NCBI GenBank assembly: GCA_041484095.1 | Contig: JBGPGW010000002.1 | Span: forward strand, 1 to 43,527 | DNA length: 43,527 nt | Source: Alphaproteobacteria bacterium | Lineage (GTDB): Bacteria > Pseudomonadota > Alphaproteobacteria > CADEGL01 | Direction: 5' to 3' | In this document: positions 8,621 through 20,759 of the stretch, one piece after another | How positions within the stretch are numbered: position 1 is the first letter of the stretch | How the letters are laid out: every line of letters begins with the position of its first letter | Notes under the pieces: model-generated | The model's database searches: none | What the model saw: only the letters and a program-made list of their open reading frames with translations | Told to the model about the DNA's origin: nothing | Program-made: the position numbers and the translations under genes

Positions 8621-10054
8621 TCAGGCGCCCGTTCCACCCACCGTCAGGCCGGACACGAGGATCGTCGGCAGGCCCACGCCGACCGGGACGCTTTGCCCGT
8701 CTTTTCCGCAGGTTCCGATTCCGGGGTCGAGTTGCATGTCGTCGCCGATCATCGAGACTTTCGTCAGCACGTCCGGACCGTTGCCGATCAGGGTCGCCCC
8801 CTTGAGCGACGGGCCGATCTTGCCGTCCTCGATGAGATAGGCCTCGGCGCTCGTGAACACGAACTTGCCCGAGGTGATGTCGACCTGCCCGCCGCCGAAG
8901 TTGACGGCATAAACGCCGCGTTTCACCGAGCGGAGAATCTCTTCCGCCGGCCGCTCGCCCGCGAGCATGTAGGTGTTCGTCATGCGCGGCATGGGGTGGT
9001 GGGCATAACTCTCGCGCCGGCCGTTGCCGGTCGGCGCCACGCCCATGAGGCGGGCATTCATCCGATCCTGGAGGTAGCCGACCAGGATGCCGTCCTCGAT
9101 GAGGACGGTGCGCCGGCTGGGCGTGCCTTCATCATCCACGGTCAGGGAGCCGCGCCGACCCGGCAACGTTCCGTCATCGACGACGGTGACGCCGGGCGAC
9201 GCGATGCGCTGTCCCATGAGGCCTGAGAACGCCGAGCTTTTCTTCCGGTTGAAGTCGCCCTCGAGACCATGGCCGATGGCTTCATGCAGCAAGATGCCGG
9301 GCCAGCCCGGGCCGAGGACGACCGTCATCTCCCCCGCGGGTGCCGGCACGGAGCGCAAATTGACGAGGGCCTGGCGCAACGCCTCGTCCACCTGGCTGCG
9401 CCAGTGGGCGGGATCGAGCCATGTATCGTAGGCGGCCCGGCCCCCCGCGCCGTGGCTGCCGCTTTCAAGCCGCGTGCCGTCCCCGACCGTAATGGAGACG
9501 TTGATGCGCACGAGCGGGCGGATGTCGGCCGCGCGCTGGCCGCCCGGGCGCATGATCTCGACCGCTTGCCACTCGCCGTAGAGCGACGCCGTGACCTGGC
9601 GGACGCGCGCGTCGCGTCCGCGCGCGTAAGCGTCGATATCGGCGAGGAGCTTGACCTTGGTGGCGAAGTCGATCTGGTCGAGCGGGTTCGACGATGGATA
9701 AAGCGCGCGGTTCGTGCCGACCGGCGGCTCCGCCTGAGCGCCCGAATATCCGCGGGTGACGGCCGTGACGGCCCCCGCCGCGCGCAGAATCGCCGCTTCC
9801 GACAGCTCCGAGGCATGGGCGTAGCCTGTGGCCTCGCCGGCAATGGCGCGGAGGCCGAACCCGTGGGCCGTGTCGAAGCTGGCGCTTTTGAGCCGGCCGT
9901 CGTCGAAAAGGAGGCTTTCCGACTGGCGATACTCGAGGAACAACTCGCCGTCATCCGCCCGCACCAATGTGTCGTCGACAATCGTTTGCAACCGGCCCCG
10001 GTCGAGCCCGGCCTGGGTGAAGAAAAGGTCGTCGGTCGTCGTCCTATCGGTCAT
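8621..10054 (-). CDS. tldD: Metalloprotease TldD
   Basis: 477 aa with the HEAIGHGLEGDF zinc motif and a typical TldD C-terminal GxC-containing region. Confidence 0.92.
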   Translation of the reverse strand: MTDRTTTDDLFFTQAGLDRGRLQTIVDDTLVRADDGELFLEYRQSESLLFDDGRLKSASFDTAHGFGLRAIAGEATGYAHASELSEAAILRAAGAVTAVTRGYSGAQAEPPVGTNRALYPSSNPLDQIDFATKVKLLADIDAYARGRDARVRQVTASLYGEWQAVEIMRPGGQRAADIRPLVRINVSITVGDGTRLESGSHGAGGRAAYDTWLDPAHWRSQVDEALRQALVNLRSVPAPAGEMTVVLGPGWPGILLHEAIGHGLEGDFNRKKSSAFSGLMGQRIASPGVTVVDDGTLPGRRGSLTVDDEGTPSRRTVLIEDGILVGYLQDRMNARLMGVAPTGNGRRESYAHHPMPRMTNTYMLAGERPAEEILRSVKRGVYAVNFGGGQVDITSGKFVFTSAEAYLIEDGKIGPSLKGATLIGNGPDVLTKVSMIGDDMQLDPGIGTCGKDGQSVPVGVGLPTILVSGLTVGGTGA

Positions 10055-10346
10055 AGCGTTGCTCCGTCCGCGGCCCCGCTGGGCCTTGGTGCTCTATTCG
10101 GTATCGACGCTGAACAATATAGGCCAAAACTCGAATTTGTCCGTGTTGTGAAACTGGTTTGGGCTGGTGTATGTTCCGCCGCGACGTCGTGCCGAACCGG
10201 TGCCGAGACCGATGGGTCGGGCGGGGCGAGGCGGGGCGGGGGGTCGTACGCGGACGGGCTCCAATCAGGGGCTCTCAAGACGCGGTCAGCCGAACTAACG
10301 ATGGGGATGATGGCGCATCGACGCCATCCATACATTCGGAACGGAT

Positions 10347-12810
<2,464 letters not shown>

Positions 12811-12875
12811 GCCGGGTGGCGCGCGGCTGACGGCGCACCGGCCGTCACAGGGCGCCGGCCGCGCGAGGGAGAACG

Positions 12876-13796
12876 GTGGTGACTGATAGCTCCGTCGATT
12901 CACGATCCACGCTCGCCGCGACCCAAAGCGACTCGACGGTCGCCGATTTCGTGCAGCTCCTGAAGCCGCGCGTGATGTCGCTCGTCGTGTTCACGGCGCT
13001 CGTCGGCATGCTCCTGGCGCCGGGTCATATCCATACCGTTCTCGCCGTGACCGCGATTCTCTGCATCGCGGTCGGCGCGGGCGCATCGGGCGCCATCAAC
13101 ATGTGGTACGAGCGCGACATCGATGCGCTCATGGTTCGCACGAAGAATCGGCCGCTTCCGGCCGGGCGCATGGCGCCGGGCGAGGCGCTCGGCTTCGGAG
13201 TCGTGCTGGCGGTCGGGGCGGTGACGGTGATGGGGCTCGCCGCCAATTGGACGGCGGCGGCATTGCTCGCCCTCACCATCGCCTTCTATGTCTTCGTCTA
13301 CACGATATGGTTGAAGCGCCGCACGCCGCAGAACATCGTCATCGGCGGTGCTGCGGGCGCGTTTCCGCCGATGGTCGGCTGGGCCGCCACGAACGGCGAT
13401 GTGAGTCTCGCATCGCTCGCCTTGTTCGCGATCATCTTCATGTGGACGCCGCCCCATTTCTGGGCGCTCGCCCTCTATCGGTCGGGCGATTACGCCCGCG
13501 CGGGCGTCCCCATGCTGCCGGTCGTGGCCGGGGTGCGCGAGACGAAGCGTCAGATCCTTATCTACACCGTCCTTCTCATTCCCTTCGTGCTGGCGCCCTA
13601 CGCGCTCGACATCGCCGGCCCTCTTTACGCCGGGGCGGCTTTGGCGCTCAGCATCGCGTTCGTCGGTATGGCCATCGCCTTGTGGTTCGACGCGACGGAG
13701 CGAAGCGCGCGCCGGATGTTCGGATTCTCGATTCTCTATCTCTTCTTGCTTTTCGCCCTGCTGCTCGTCGATCGGGCGCCGGGCGTCGGCACGTGA
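12876..13796 (+). CDS. ctaB: Protoheme IX farnesyltransferase (heme O synthase)
   Basis: UbiA-family polytopic membrane protein ([21 protein letters not shown]) in the canonical position after coxA. Confidence 0.92.
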   Translation: MVTDSSVDSRSTLAATQSDSTVADFVQLLKPRVMSLVVFTALVGMLLAPGHIHTVLAVTAILCIAVGAGASGAINMWYERDIDALMVRTKNRPLPAGRMAPGEALGFGVVLAVGAVTVMGLAANWTAAALLALTIAFYVFVYTIWLKRRTPQNIVIGGAAGAFPPMVGWAATNGDVSLASLALFAIIFMWTPPHFWALALYRSGDYARAGVPMLPVVAGVRETKRQILIYTVLLIPFVLAPYALDIAGPLYAGAALALSIAFVGMAIALWFDATERSARRMFGFSILYLFLLFALLLVDRAPGVGT

Positions 13797-13797
13797 A

Positions 13798-13926
13798 ATG
13801 GGTGACAGGGGCCGTGATCATCACAATCGACGGCGGCGCGCGAAAAATCTGGCGTTGCTGGCCGTGCTGTCGGCGCTCGTCATCCTTTTCTATGTCATCA
13901 CCATCGTACGCATGGGCGGGTCCTGA
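13798..13926 (+). CDS. 42-aa single-TM micro-protein of the cox cluster (CoxF-like position). It is absent from the supplied ORF track.
   Basis: My own translation is MGDRGRDHHNRRRRAKNLALLAVLSALVILFYVITIVRMGGS. The ATG lies 1 nt after the ctaB stop, and its stop lies 3 nt before the ctaG ATG. It has a basic N-terminus followed by one hydrophobic helix. Confidence 0.6.
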   Translation: MGDRGRDHHNRRRRAKNLALLAVLSALVILFYVITIVRMGGS

Positions 13927-13929
13927 GCG

Positions 13930-14523
13930 ATGAGAACCGAACGTCGCAAGCACATTGCGGCTTTCACCCTCGCCGGAGTCGTCGCGGGGATGGTCGGGCT
14001 TACCTTCGCCTCCGTGCCTCTTTATCGGGTGTTTTGCGAGGCGACGGGGTTCGGCGGCACGACCAAGCGCGCGGCCTCGGCACCGGCAAACGCGGATCGC
14101 GCGGCAGAGGGGCGGACCATCATCGTGCGCTTCGATGCGACCGTGAATTCGCGCCTGCCCTGGACCTTCGAGCCGGTCGAACATGAGATGCGGGTCCGTT
14201 TGGGCGAGCCGACGCTGGCCTTCTACCGCGCGCATAATCTCTCGAACGTGGCGGTCACGGGTTCGGCGACCTTCAACGTGAACCCGCCCACCGCGGGCTC
14301 CTACTTCAACAAGATCGCGTGCTTTTGTTTCGAGGCGCAGACGCTCGCCGCCGGCGAGACGGTCGACATGCCGGTTTCGTTCTTTGTCGATCCCGCAATT
14401 CTGAAGGATCGCGATATCTCTGATCTCGAGACGATCGTACTGTCCTACACGTTCTTCCGCTCCGAGAGCGGGTCCGGCGCCCCGGCCGTGAGTGCCGTGG
14501 CCCCGGCAAGCACGACGAATTGA
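13930..14523 (+). CDS. ctaG: Cytochrome c oxidase assembly (copper chaperone) protein CtaG/Cox11
   Basis: N-terminal TM anchor, the Cox11 motif KIACFCFEAQTL, and a conserved position in the cluster. Confidence 0.92.
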   Translation: MRTERRKHIAAFTLAGVVAGMVGLTFASVPLYRVFCEATGFGGTTKRAASAPANADRAAEGRTIIVRFDATVNSRLPWTFEPVEHEMRVRLGEPTLAFYRAHNLSNVAVTGSATFNVNPPTAGSYFNKIACFCFEAQTLAAGETVDMPVSFFVDPAILKDRDISDLETIVLSYTFFRSESGSGAPAVSAVAPASTTN

Positions 14524-14590
14524 TGATTTTGACAACGACTCGACGCCGTCGAACGGTAGCGCCCGACGGCCGCATCTAAGGGGAATGGAC

Positions 14591-15409
14591 ATGGCTCAGA
14601 CGCACGCAGCCGATCATCAGAAACACCCGTGGCATCTCGTCGATTCCAGTCCATGGCCGATTGTCGGCGCCACCGCGGCGCTGCTGCTGACCTTTGGCGG
14701 CGTCATGTTCATGCACCATGTCACGGCATGGATCATGGTCGCGGGCCTGGCGCTCACCGTGGTCACGATGGTCATGTGGTGGCGGGACGTCGTCCGCGAG
14801 GCCACGTTCCAGGGGCACCATACCTCGCCCGTCCAGATCGGCTTGCGCTTCGGCATGGCGCTGTTCATCGCCTCCGAGGTGATGTTTTTCGTGGCGTGGT
14901 TCTGGGCCTATTTCAACGCGAGCGTGTTTCCGACCGCGGCGATCGGCAGCGTATGGCCGCCCGAGGGCGTTATCACATTCAACCCATGGGACTTGCCGTT
15001 CCTCAACACGCTCATCCTGCTGACCTCGGGTGCGACCGTCACCTGGGCGCATCACGCGCTGCGGGAGGGCAATCGCCGCGGGATGCTCGCGGGTCTCGCG
15101 CTCACGATCGCCTTGGGCCTCTGTTTCACGGCCGTGCAGGCCTATGAGTATTCGCAGGCGCCGTTCGGCTTCCGCGGCGGGATCTACGGCACGACCTTCT
15201 TCATGGCGACCGGCTTCCATGGTTTTCACGTCATCATCGGGACGATCTTCCTCATCGTCTGTTTCTTCCGGGCCTATGCCGGGCATTTCAAGCCGGACCA
15301 TCACTTCGGCTTCGAGGCGGCGGCGTGGTATTGGCACTTCGTCGACGTGGTCTGGCTGTTCCTGTTCACCTGCATCTATTGGTGGGGCAAGGGTCCGGTG
15401 ACGCATTGA
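14591..15409 (+). CDS. coxC: Cytochrome c oxidase subunit III
   Basis: MAQTHAADHQKHPWHLVDSSPWP and the C-terminal ...AAWYWHFVDVVWLFLF. AAGGGGA lies about 7 nt upstream of ATG 14591. ATG 14585 is an alternative start. Confidence 0.93.
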   Translation: MAQTHAADHQKHPWHLVDSSPWPIVGATAALLLTFGGVMFMHHVTAWIMVAGLALTVVTMVMWWRDVVREATFQGHHTSPVQIGLRFGMALFIASEVMFFVAWFWAYFNASVFPTAAIGSVWPPEGVITFNPWDLPFLNTLILLTSGATVTWAHHALREGNRRGMLAGLALTIALGLCFTAVQAYEYSQAPFGFRGGIYGTTFFMATGFHGFHVIIGTIFLIVCFFRAYAGHFKPDHHFGFEAAAWYWHFVDVVWLFLFTCIYWWGKGPVTH

Positions 15410-15429
15410 GCGCTGTGATATGCTGAGGG

Positions 15430-15804
15430 ATGACTGATACCCGGTATCCATCCGTCTCTGCGCTTCGCGCCGGATTGATGTGCCGATGCCCCCGCTGCGG
15501 ACAGGGACGGCTCTTCGACGGCTTTCTCGAGATCGCCCAGCGCTGCGAGGTTTGCGGGCTTGAACTCCGCGCCCAGGATTCCGGCGACGGGCCGGCCGTC
15601 TTCGTGATTCTGATCTTGGGATTCATCGTGGTGGGCTTGGCCCTGTGGACGGAAGTCACATTCGAGCCGCCGTTTTGGGTCCACGCGATCGCGTGGCCGC
15701 CTGTGATCCTGGGCGGGGCGCTGTTGATGTTGCGTCCGTTCAAGGCGGTTCTGATCGCGCTTCAGTACCGGCATCGGCGGGACACATTCGATGAGCCGGA
15801 GTGA
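15430..15804 (+). CDS. DUF983 domain protein (zinc-ribbon plus 2 TM helices)
   Basis: RCPRCGQGRLFDGFLEIAQRCEVCGLEL is followed by GDGPAVFVILILGFIVVGLAL. This is the usual neighbour of surf1 in alphaproteobacterial cox clusters. Confidence 0.8.
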   Translation: MTDTRYPSVSALRAGLMCRCPRCGQGRLFDGFLEIAQRCEVCGLELRAQDSGDGPAVFVILILGFIVVGLALWTEVTFEPPFWVHAIAWPPVILGGALLMLRPFKAVLIALQYRHRRDTFDEPE

Positions 15805-16495
15805 TCGCCGGCCCCGGCTTCTGTGGCCCACGGTCATCGCGGCGCTCGGGATCATCGTGCTGGTCGGGCTCGGTACCTGGCAGATCCATCGTCTCGCACG
15901 GAAGGAGCGCCTCATCGAGGCCATCGAGGCGAACCGCGCGGCGCCGGTGCTGGAGATGATCCCGGCCGATGCGCGGCCGGGCGACCTCGTGTTCCGGCGG
16001 GTCCATCTGTCCGGCCGGTTTCTCCATGACAAAGAGATGTACCTGACCGGGCGGACCCACAAAGGTGTCGTCGGATTGCACGTCGTGACCCCCTTGGTCC
16101 TCGCCGACGGCCGCACGGTCCTGGTCGACCGCGGCTGGGTCCCGCCGGACCGGGCCGAGCCGCGCCTGAGGCAAGAGGGCGTGTCCCAAGAGCCGGCCGA
16201 GGTCGAGGGGATGATCCGCGCCGTGTCGGAGCGCGGTCCGTTCACGCCGGACAATCGTCCCGACCAGAATCTGTGGTTCACCATCGACGTGCCGGCGATG
16301 GCGGCCTTCACGGGGATCGAGCTTCTTCCCTCTGTCGTCGAGGCGGGACCGGCGGCGAATCCGGGCGGCTATCCCGTGGGACAGGATCGCCCGATCGAGG
16401 TGCCTAACGACCATCTCCAATACGCCCTCACCTGGTATGCGCTCGCCGTGGCGCTCGCGGTGATCTATGTGATTTTCCTCCGTCGCAGGCGATGA
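15791..16495 (+). CDS. surf1: SURF1-family cytochrome oxidase biogenesis protein
   Basis: N- and C-terminal TM helices (LLWPTVIAALGIIVLVGLGTWQIHRL... and ...HLQYALTWYALAVALAVIYV). It overlaps the DUF983 gene by 14 nt. Confidence 0.88.
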   Translation: MSRSDRRPRLLWPTVIAALGIIVLVGLGTWQIHRLARKERLIEAIEANRAAPVLEMIPADARPGDLVFRRVHLSGRFLHDKEMYLTGRTHKGVVGLHVVTPLVLADGRTVLVDRGWVPPDRAEPRLRQEGVSQEPAEVEGMIRAVSERGPFTPDNRPDQNLWFTIDVPAMAAFTGIELLPSVVEAGPAANPGGYPVGQDRPIEVPNDHLQYALTWYALAVALAVIYVIFLRRRR

Positions 16496-17979
16496 ACGCG
16501 TACCGCGCCCTCGAGGAACGGTTCCGACGCCATGCCGCCATCGCGGAAGCGACGAACGTCCTGCACTGGGACATGTCGACCATGATGCCTCAGGGCGGGG
16601 CCGAAGCGCGGGCCGAACAGTTGGCGGCCTTGCGGCGCGTGGGCCACGATCTTCTCGTCGACCAGGCCACGGGCGACTGGCTCGATGCCGCGGCCGCGGT
16701 CCCGGATCTGGACGGCTGGCAGCGCGCCAATCTTCGCGAAATGCGGCGCATGTGGAATCATGCCGCTGCGCTCGACGGATCATTGGTCGAGGCGCTGACC
16801 AAGGCCTGTGCCGCGGCGGAGACGGTCTGGCGCCGGGCGCGTCCGGACAACGACTTCAAGGCCGTCCGTCCTCACCTCGAGACCGTTTTGCGGCATGTCC
16901 GCGACATCGGCCAGGCCAAGGCCGCGCGTCTTGGATGTTCGGCCTATGACGCCCTTCTCGACGAGTTCGAGCCGGGTGGCCGAACGGCCATGATCGATCC
17001 ATTGTTCGATGATCTTGCCGCGTTCCTGCCTGGCTTTCTTGAGCGCGTCTTGGCAAGACAGGCGGCAGAGGGCGAGCCCTTGCCGCTCGAGGGGCCGTTC
17101 GCGCGAGACGCGCAGCGCGCTCTCAGCGGGCGATTCATGCGCGCCCTCGGATTCGACTTCGACCATGGCCGGCTCGACGAAAGCGCCCATCCCTTCTGCG
17201 GCGGCGTCCCGGACGATGTGCGGATCACGACGCGCTATGACGAATCCGACTTTATGCAGGGCCTCATGGGGGTGCTGCACGAGACCGGCCATGCGCTCTA
17301 TGAGCGAGCATTGCCGGCCGGCTGGCGCCGTCAGCCCGTCGGTCTCGCCCGCAGCATGAGCTTCCACGAAAGCCAGTCGCTCCTCGTCGAGATGCAGGCA
17401 TGCCGAAGCCGGGAGTTCCTGACCTTTGCGGCGCCGTTGTTGCGCGAGGCCTTCGGCCGTGACGGGCCGGCCTGGTCGGTCGAGAATCTTTATCGGCACT
17501 ACACGCGTGTCGAGCGCGGCCTCATTCGCGTCGAGGCCGATGAGGTGACCTACCCCGCGCATGTCATCCTCCGCTACCGGCTGGAACGCGCGATGATCGA
17601 GGGCGATCTTGCCGTCGCGGAGCTTCCGGGCGCCTGGCGGGAGGGGATGGTCTCGCTCCTCGGCGTCGCCCCGCCCGACGATCGGCAGGGATGCCTGCAG
17701 GACATCCACTGGTATGACGGAGCGTGGGGCTATTTCCCGACCTATACGCTCGGCGCGATGACGGCGGCACAATTGTTCGACGCGGCGCGGCGCGCCCTGC
17801 CGGCTCTCCCCCAATTGTTGGCGCAGGGCGACTTCCGACCCCTGATCGGATGGTTGGGAAAGGCGGTCCACGCCCAGGGGTCGTTCTTCGAAACGGCCGA
17901 CCTCCTGGGGGCCGCCACGGGCCGCGGTCTTGACCCCGCGGTCTTCAAGGCTCATCTAGAGCGCCGCTATCTTATTTAA
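16492..17979 (+). CDS. M32 family metallocarboxypeptidase (Taq-type carboxypeptidase)
   Basis: The M32 motif set is present: HETGHALYE (HEXXH), DVRITTRYDE, FHESQS, IRVEADEVTY and CLQDIHWYDGAWGYFPTY. Its ATG overlaps the surf1 stop (ATGA). Confidence 0.9.
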   Translation: MNAYRALEERFRRHAAIAEATNVLHWDMSTMMPQGGAEARAEQLAALRRVGHDLLVDQATGDWLDAAAAVPDLDGWQRANLREMRRMWNHAAALDGSLVEALTKACAAAETVWRRARPDNDFKAVRPHLETVLRHVRDIGQAKAARLGCSAYDALLDEFEPGGRTAMIDPLFDDLAAFLPGFLERVLARQAAEGEPLPLEGPFARDAQRALSGRFMRALGFDFDHGRLDESAHPFCGGVPDDVRITTRYDESDFMQGLMGVLHETGHALYERALPAGWRRQPVGLARSMSFHESQSLLVEMQACRSREFLTFAAPLLREAFGRDGPAWSVENLYRHYTRVERGLIRVEADEVTYPAHVILRYRLERAMIEGDLAVAELPGAWREGMVSLLGVAPPDDRQGCLQDIHWYDGAWGYFPTYTLGAMTAAQLFDAARRALPALPQLLAQGDFRPLIGWLGKAVHAQGSFFETADLLGAATGRGLDPAVFKAHLERRYLI

Positions 17980-18061
17980 ATCATTGAGTTTTTCGGTTCA
18001 TTGCGGGGTCCGGCGGGGGGCGATAGTCTAGGGGCCTTCCCTAATCCGGAGTGAATGCGGC

Positions 18062-19468
18062 GTGCGCTATGTAAGCACCCGGGGGACAGCCCCGGCCCTC
18101 GCGTTTGACGAAGTGCTGCTGGTCGGTCTCGCCGAAGACGGCGGGCTGTACGTGCCTGACCATTGGCCGCATTTCGACGCGCGGGAGATCGCCTCCTTCG
18201 CGGGTCTCACCTATCCCGAGCTTGCCGCGCGCGTCATGGCGCCATTCCTCGGTCTGCGCGCCGCAGGCGACGACCTCGCGGCGATCGCGAGGGATGCCTA
18301 CCGGGACTTCGATCATGCGGCGACGGCGCCGCTCGTCCAGATGGACAGGCGGACCTGGCTTCTCCAGCTCTTCCATGGCCCGACACTGGCCTTCAAGGAC
18401 TATGCGCTCCAGCTCGTCGCCCGGCTGTTCGATCACGTGCTTTCCAAGCGCGGCCAGCGCGTCACGATCATCGGCGCCACGTCCGGCGATACCGGAGCCT
18501 CCGCGATCGAGGCGTGTCGCAATTTGAAATCGGTCGACATTTTCATCCTCCACCCGCGCGGCCGCGTCTCGGAAGTGCAGCGCCGGATGATGACCACGGT
18601 GCTGTCGCCCAACGTACACAACCTCGCGATCGACGGGACGTTCGACGACTGCCAGGACCTGGTGAAGGCGATGTTCGCCGACCGGGCCTTGCGCGACGAG
18701 CTGGGCCTGTCCGCGGTCAATTCCATCAACTGGGCGCGCGTCGCGGCCCAGACGGTCTATTACTTTGCCGCCGCGGTGGCGCTTGGCGCGCCCAACCGGA
18801 AGGTGGCCTTCGCGGTTCCGACCGGCAATTTCGGCAACGTCTATGCCGGCCATGCCGCCCGCGCGATGGGGCTGCCGATCACGCAGCTGATCGTCGGCTC
18901 CAACCGAAACGACATCCTGGCTCGCTTCTTCGAGAGCGGCGCGCTCGAGATCCGCGGCGTCGAGCCGTCCTTGAGCCCGAGCATGGACATCCAGGTGTCG
19001 AGCAATTTCGAGCGTCTCATGTTCGATCTGTTCGACCGCGACGGTGCCGCGGTCGGTGCCGCGATGGCGCGGTTCCGCGCCGAAGGGCGGCTTTCCTTCG
19101 ACGCGGGATCATTGAAACGCGCGCGGGCGCTGTTCGACGGCTTTCGCCTCGACGATGAAGGGACGATCGCGACCATGCGCACGACCTACGAGGAAACGGG
19201 GCAGATCATCGATCCGCACAGCGCGGTCGGCCTTGCGGCGGCGCGCGCATGCATGCGGGACCGCGAAACGCCGGTTGTGGCGCTGGCGACGGCCCATCCC
19301 GCCAAGTTTCCGGACGCCGTCGAGCGCGCGATCGGCCTCCGCCCTGCCCTGCCCGCGAGGCATGCCGATCTCCTCGAGCGGGAGGAACGGATGACCGCGC
19401 TTCCCAAGGACCGCGAAGCGCTCAAGGCCTTCCTCCGCGCGCGGGTCACGCTCACGGGGGCCGCATGA
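18062..19468 (+). CDS. thrC: Threonine synthase
   Basis: Starts MRYVSTRG, with the PLP-lysine motif FHGPTLAFKD. 468 aa. Confidence 0.93.
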   Translation: MRYVSTRGTAPALAFDEVLLVGLAEDGGLYVPDHWPHFDAREIASFAGLTYPELAARVMAPFLGLRAAGDDLAAIARDAYRDFDHAATAPLVQMDRRTWLLQLFHGPTLAFKDYALQLVARLFDHVLSKRGQRVTIIGATSGDTGASAIEACRNLKSVDIFILHPRGRVSEVQRRMMTTVLSPNVHNLAIDGTFDDCQDLVKAMFADRALRDELGLSAVNSINWARVAAQTVYYFAAAVALGAPNRKVAFAVPTGNFGNVYAGHAARAMGLPITQLIVGSNRNDILARFFESGALEIRGVEPSLSPSMDIQVSSNFERLMFDLFDRDGAAVGAAMARFRAEGRLSFDAGSLKRARALFDGFRLDDEGTIATMRTTYEETGQIIDPHSAVGLAAARACMRDRETPVVALATAHPAKFPDAVERAIGLRPALPARHADLLEREERMTALPKDREALKAFLRARVTLTGAA

Positions 19469-20721
19469 CGATCATGCTGACTAAATTGCCGAGCGGGCTC
19501 ACCGTGGTCACCGATTGCATGGATTCGGTCGAGACCGTCTCGGTCGGCGTGTGGGTCGGGTCCGGCACGCGGAACGAGCGGTCCGAATGGAATGGCATCG
19601 CCCATCTCCTGGAACACATGGCGTTCAAGGGCACGGGCCGGCGGACGGCGCAGGCGATTGCCGAGGAGATCGAGGCCGTCGGCGGGCAACTGAACGCCTA
19701 TACCGCCCGGGAGCACACGGCCTATTACGCCAAGGTCCTGTCGGGCGATCTTGCTCTTGCGATCGATATCCTCGCGGACATTCTCCAGAACTCGAGCTTC
19801 GATCCCACCGAGCTCGAGCGGGAACGGTCTGTCGTGCTCCAGGAAATCGGCCAGGCGCGCGATACGCCGGACGACATCGTGTTCGATCATTTCCAGGCGG
19901 CGGCGTTCCCCGATCAGCCCATGGGACGGTCGGTCCTCGGCACGACCGACATCGTCGGGCATATGGGACGCGACGCGCTGTTCGAGTACATGCGCTCGCA
20001 GTATGCCGCGGAGAAAATGATCCTCGCGGCGGCCGGCCGCGTCGACCATACCCGGCTTGTGGAGCTGGCCGGCGGACATTTCCGCGGGCTGCTGCCGAAC
20101 GGCCACTTCAAGCCGGACCCCGCGCGCTATGCCGGCGGCGAGATCCGCGAGGAGCGGGCGCTCGAGCAGCTTCATCTCGTCGTCGGATTCGACGGCGTTC
20201 CCTTCGACGATCCCGATTACTACGCGGCCGCCGCTCTCTCGACCCTGCTCGGCGGGGGCATGTCGTCGCGCCTGTTTCAGGAGGTGCGCGAAAAACGCGG
20301 CCTCGCCTACAACATCTATTCCTTCGGCTCGTCGTATTCGGACAGCGGGCTGTTCGGCATCTATGCCGGAACAAGCGAGTCGATGGTCGACGAACTCGTG
20401 CGCGTCATCGGGGGCGAGACGGTCGCGATCGCGGACAAGGTCAGTCAGGGCGAGATCGACCGGGCACGCGCGCAGCTCAAGGCCAGTATCCTCATGGCGC
20501 TCGAAAGCACGGGTGCGCGCTGTGAACGCCTGGCAACGAATCTTCTCGTCTATGGGCGGATCATTCCGATCGAAGAGATCGTCGCGCAGATCGACGCGAT
20601 CGACGAGACGGCGATCCGGCGTGTCGCGCGGCGCATCCTCGAATCGCGGCCGACGATCGCGGCCGTGGGCCCGACGCGCACGCTCGATGCCTACGATTCG
20701 ATTGCCGGCCGGTTCCGCTGA
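19465..20721 (+). CDS. M16 (pitrilysin/MPP-like) zinc peptidase
   Basis: Inverted zinc motif HLLEHMAFKGT. It starts MTIMLTKLPSGLTVVT, and the ATG overlaps the thrC stop (ATGA). The upstream track extension lies inside thrC. Confidence 0.9.
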   Translation: MTIMLTKLPSGLTVVTDCMDSVETVSVGVWVGSGTRNERSEWNGIAHLLEHMAFKGTGRRTAQAIAEEIEAVGGQLNAYTAREHTAYYAKVLSGDLALAIDILADILQNSSFDPTELERERSVVLQEIGQARDTPDDIVFDHFQAAAFPDQPMGRSVLGTTDIVGHMGRDALFEYMRSQYAAEKMILAAAGRVDHTRLVELAGGHFRGLLPNGHFKPDPARYAGGEIREERALEQLHLVVGFDGVPFDDPDYYAAAALSTLLGGGMSSRLFQEVREKRGLAYNIYSFGSSYSDSGLFGIYAGTSESMVDELVRVIGGETVAIADKVSQGEIDRARAQLKASILMALESTGARCERLATNLLVYGRIIPIEEIVAQIDAIDETAIRRVARRILESRPTIAAVGPTRTLDAYDSIAGRFR

Positions 20722-20759
20722 CAGGCGGAAGGGACGCGGCGCACCCACGGAATTGAGCG

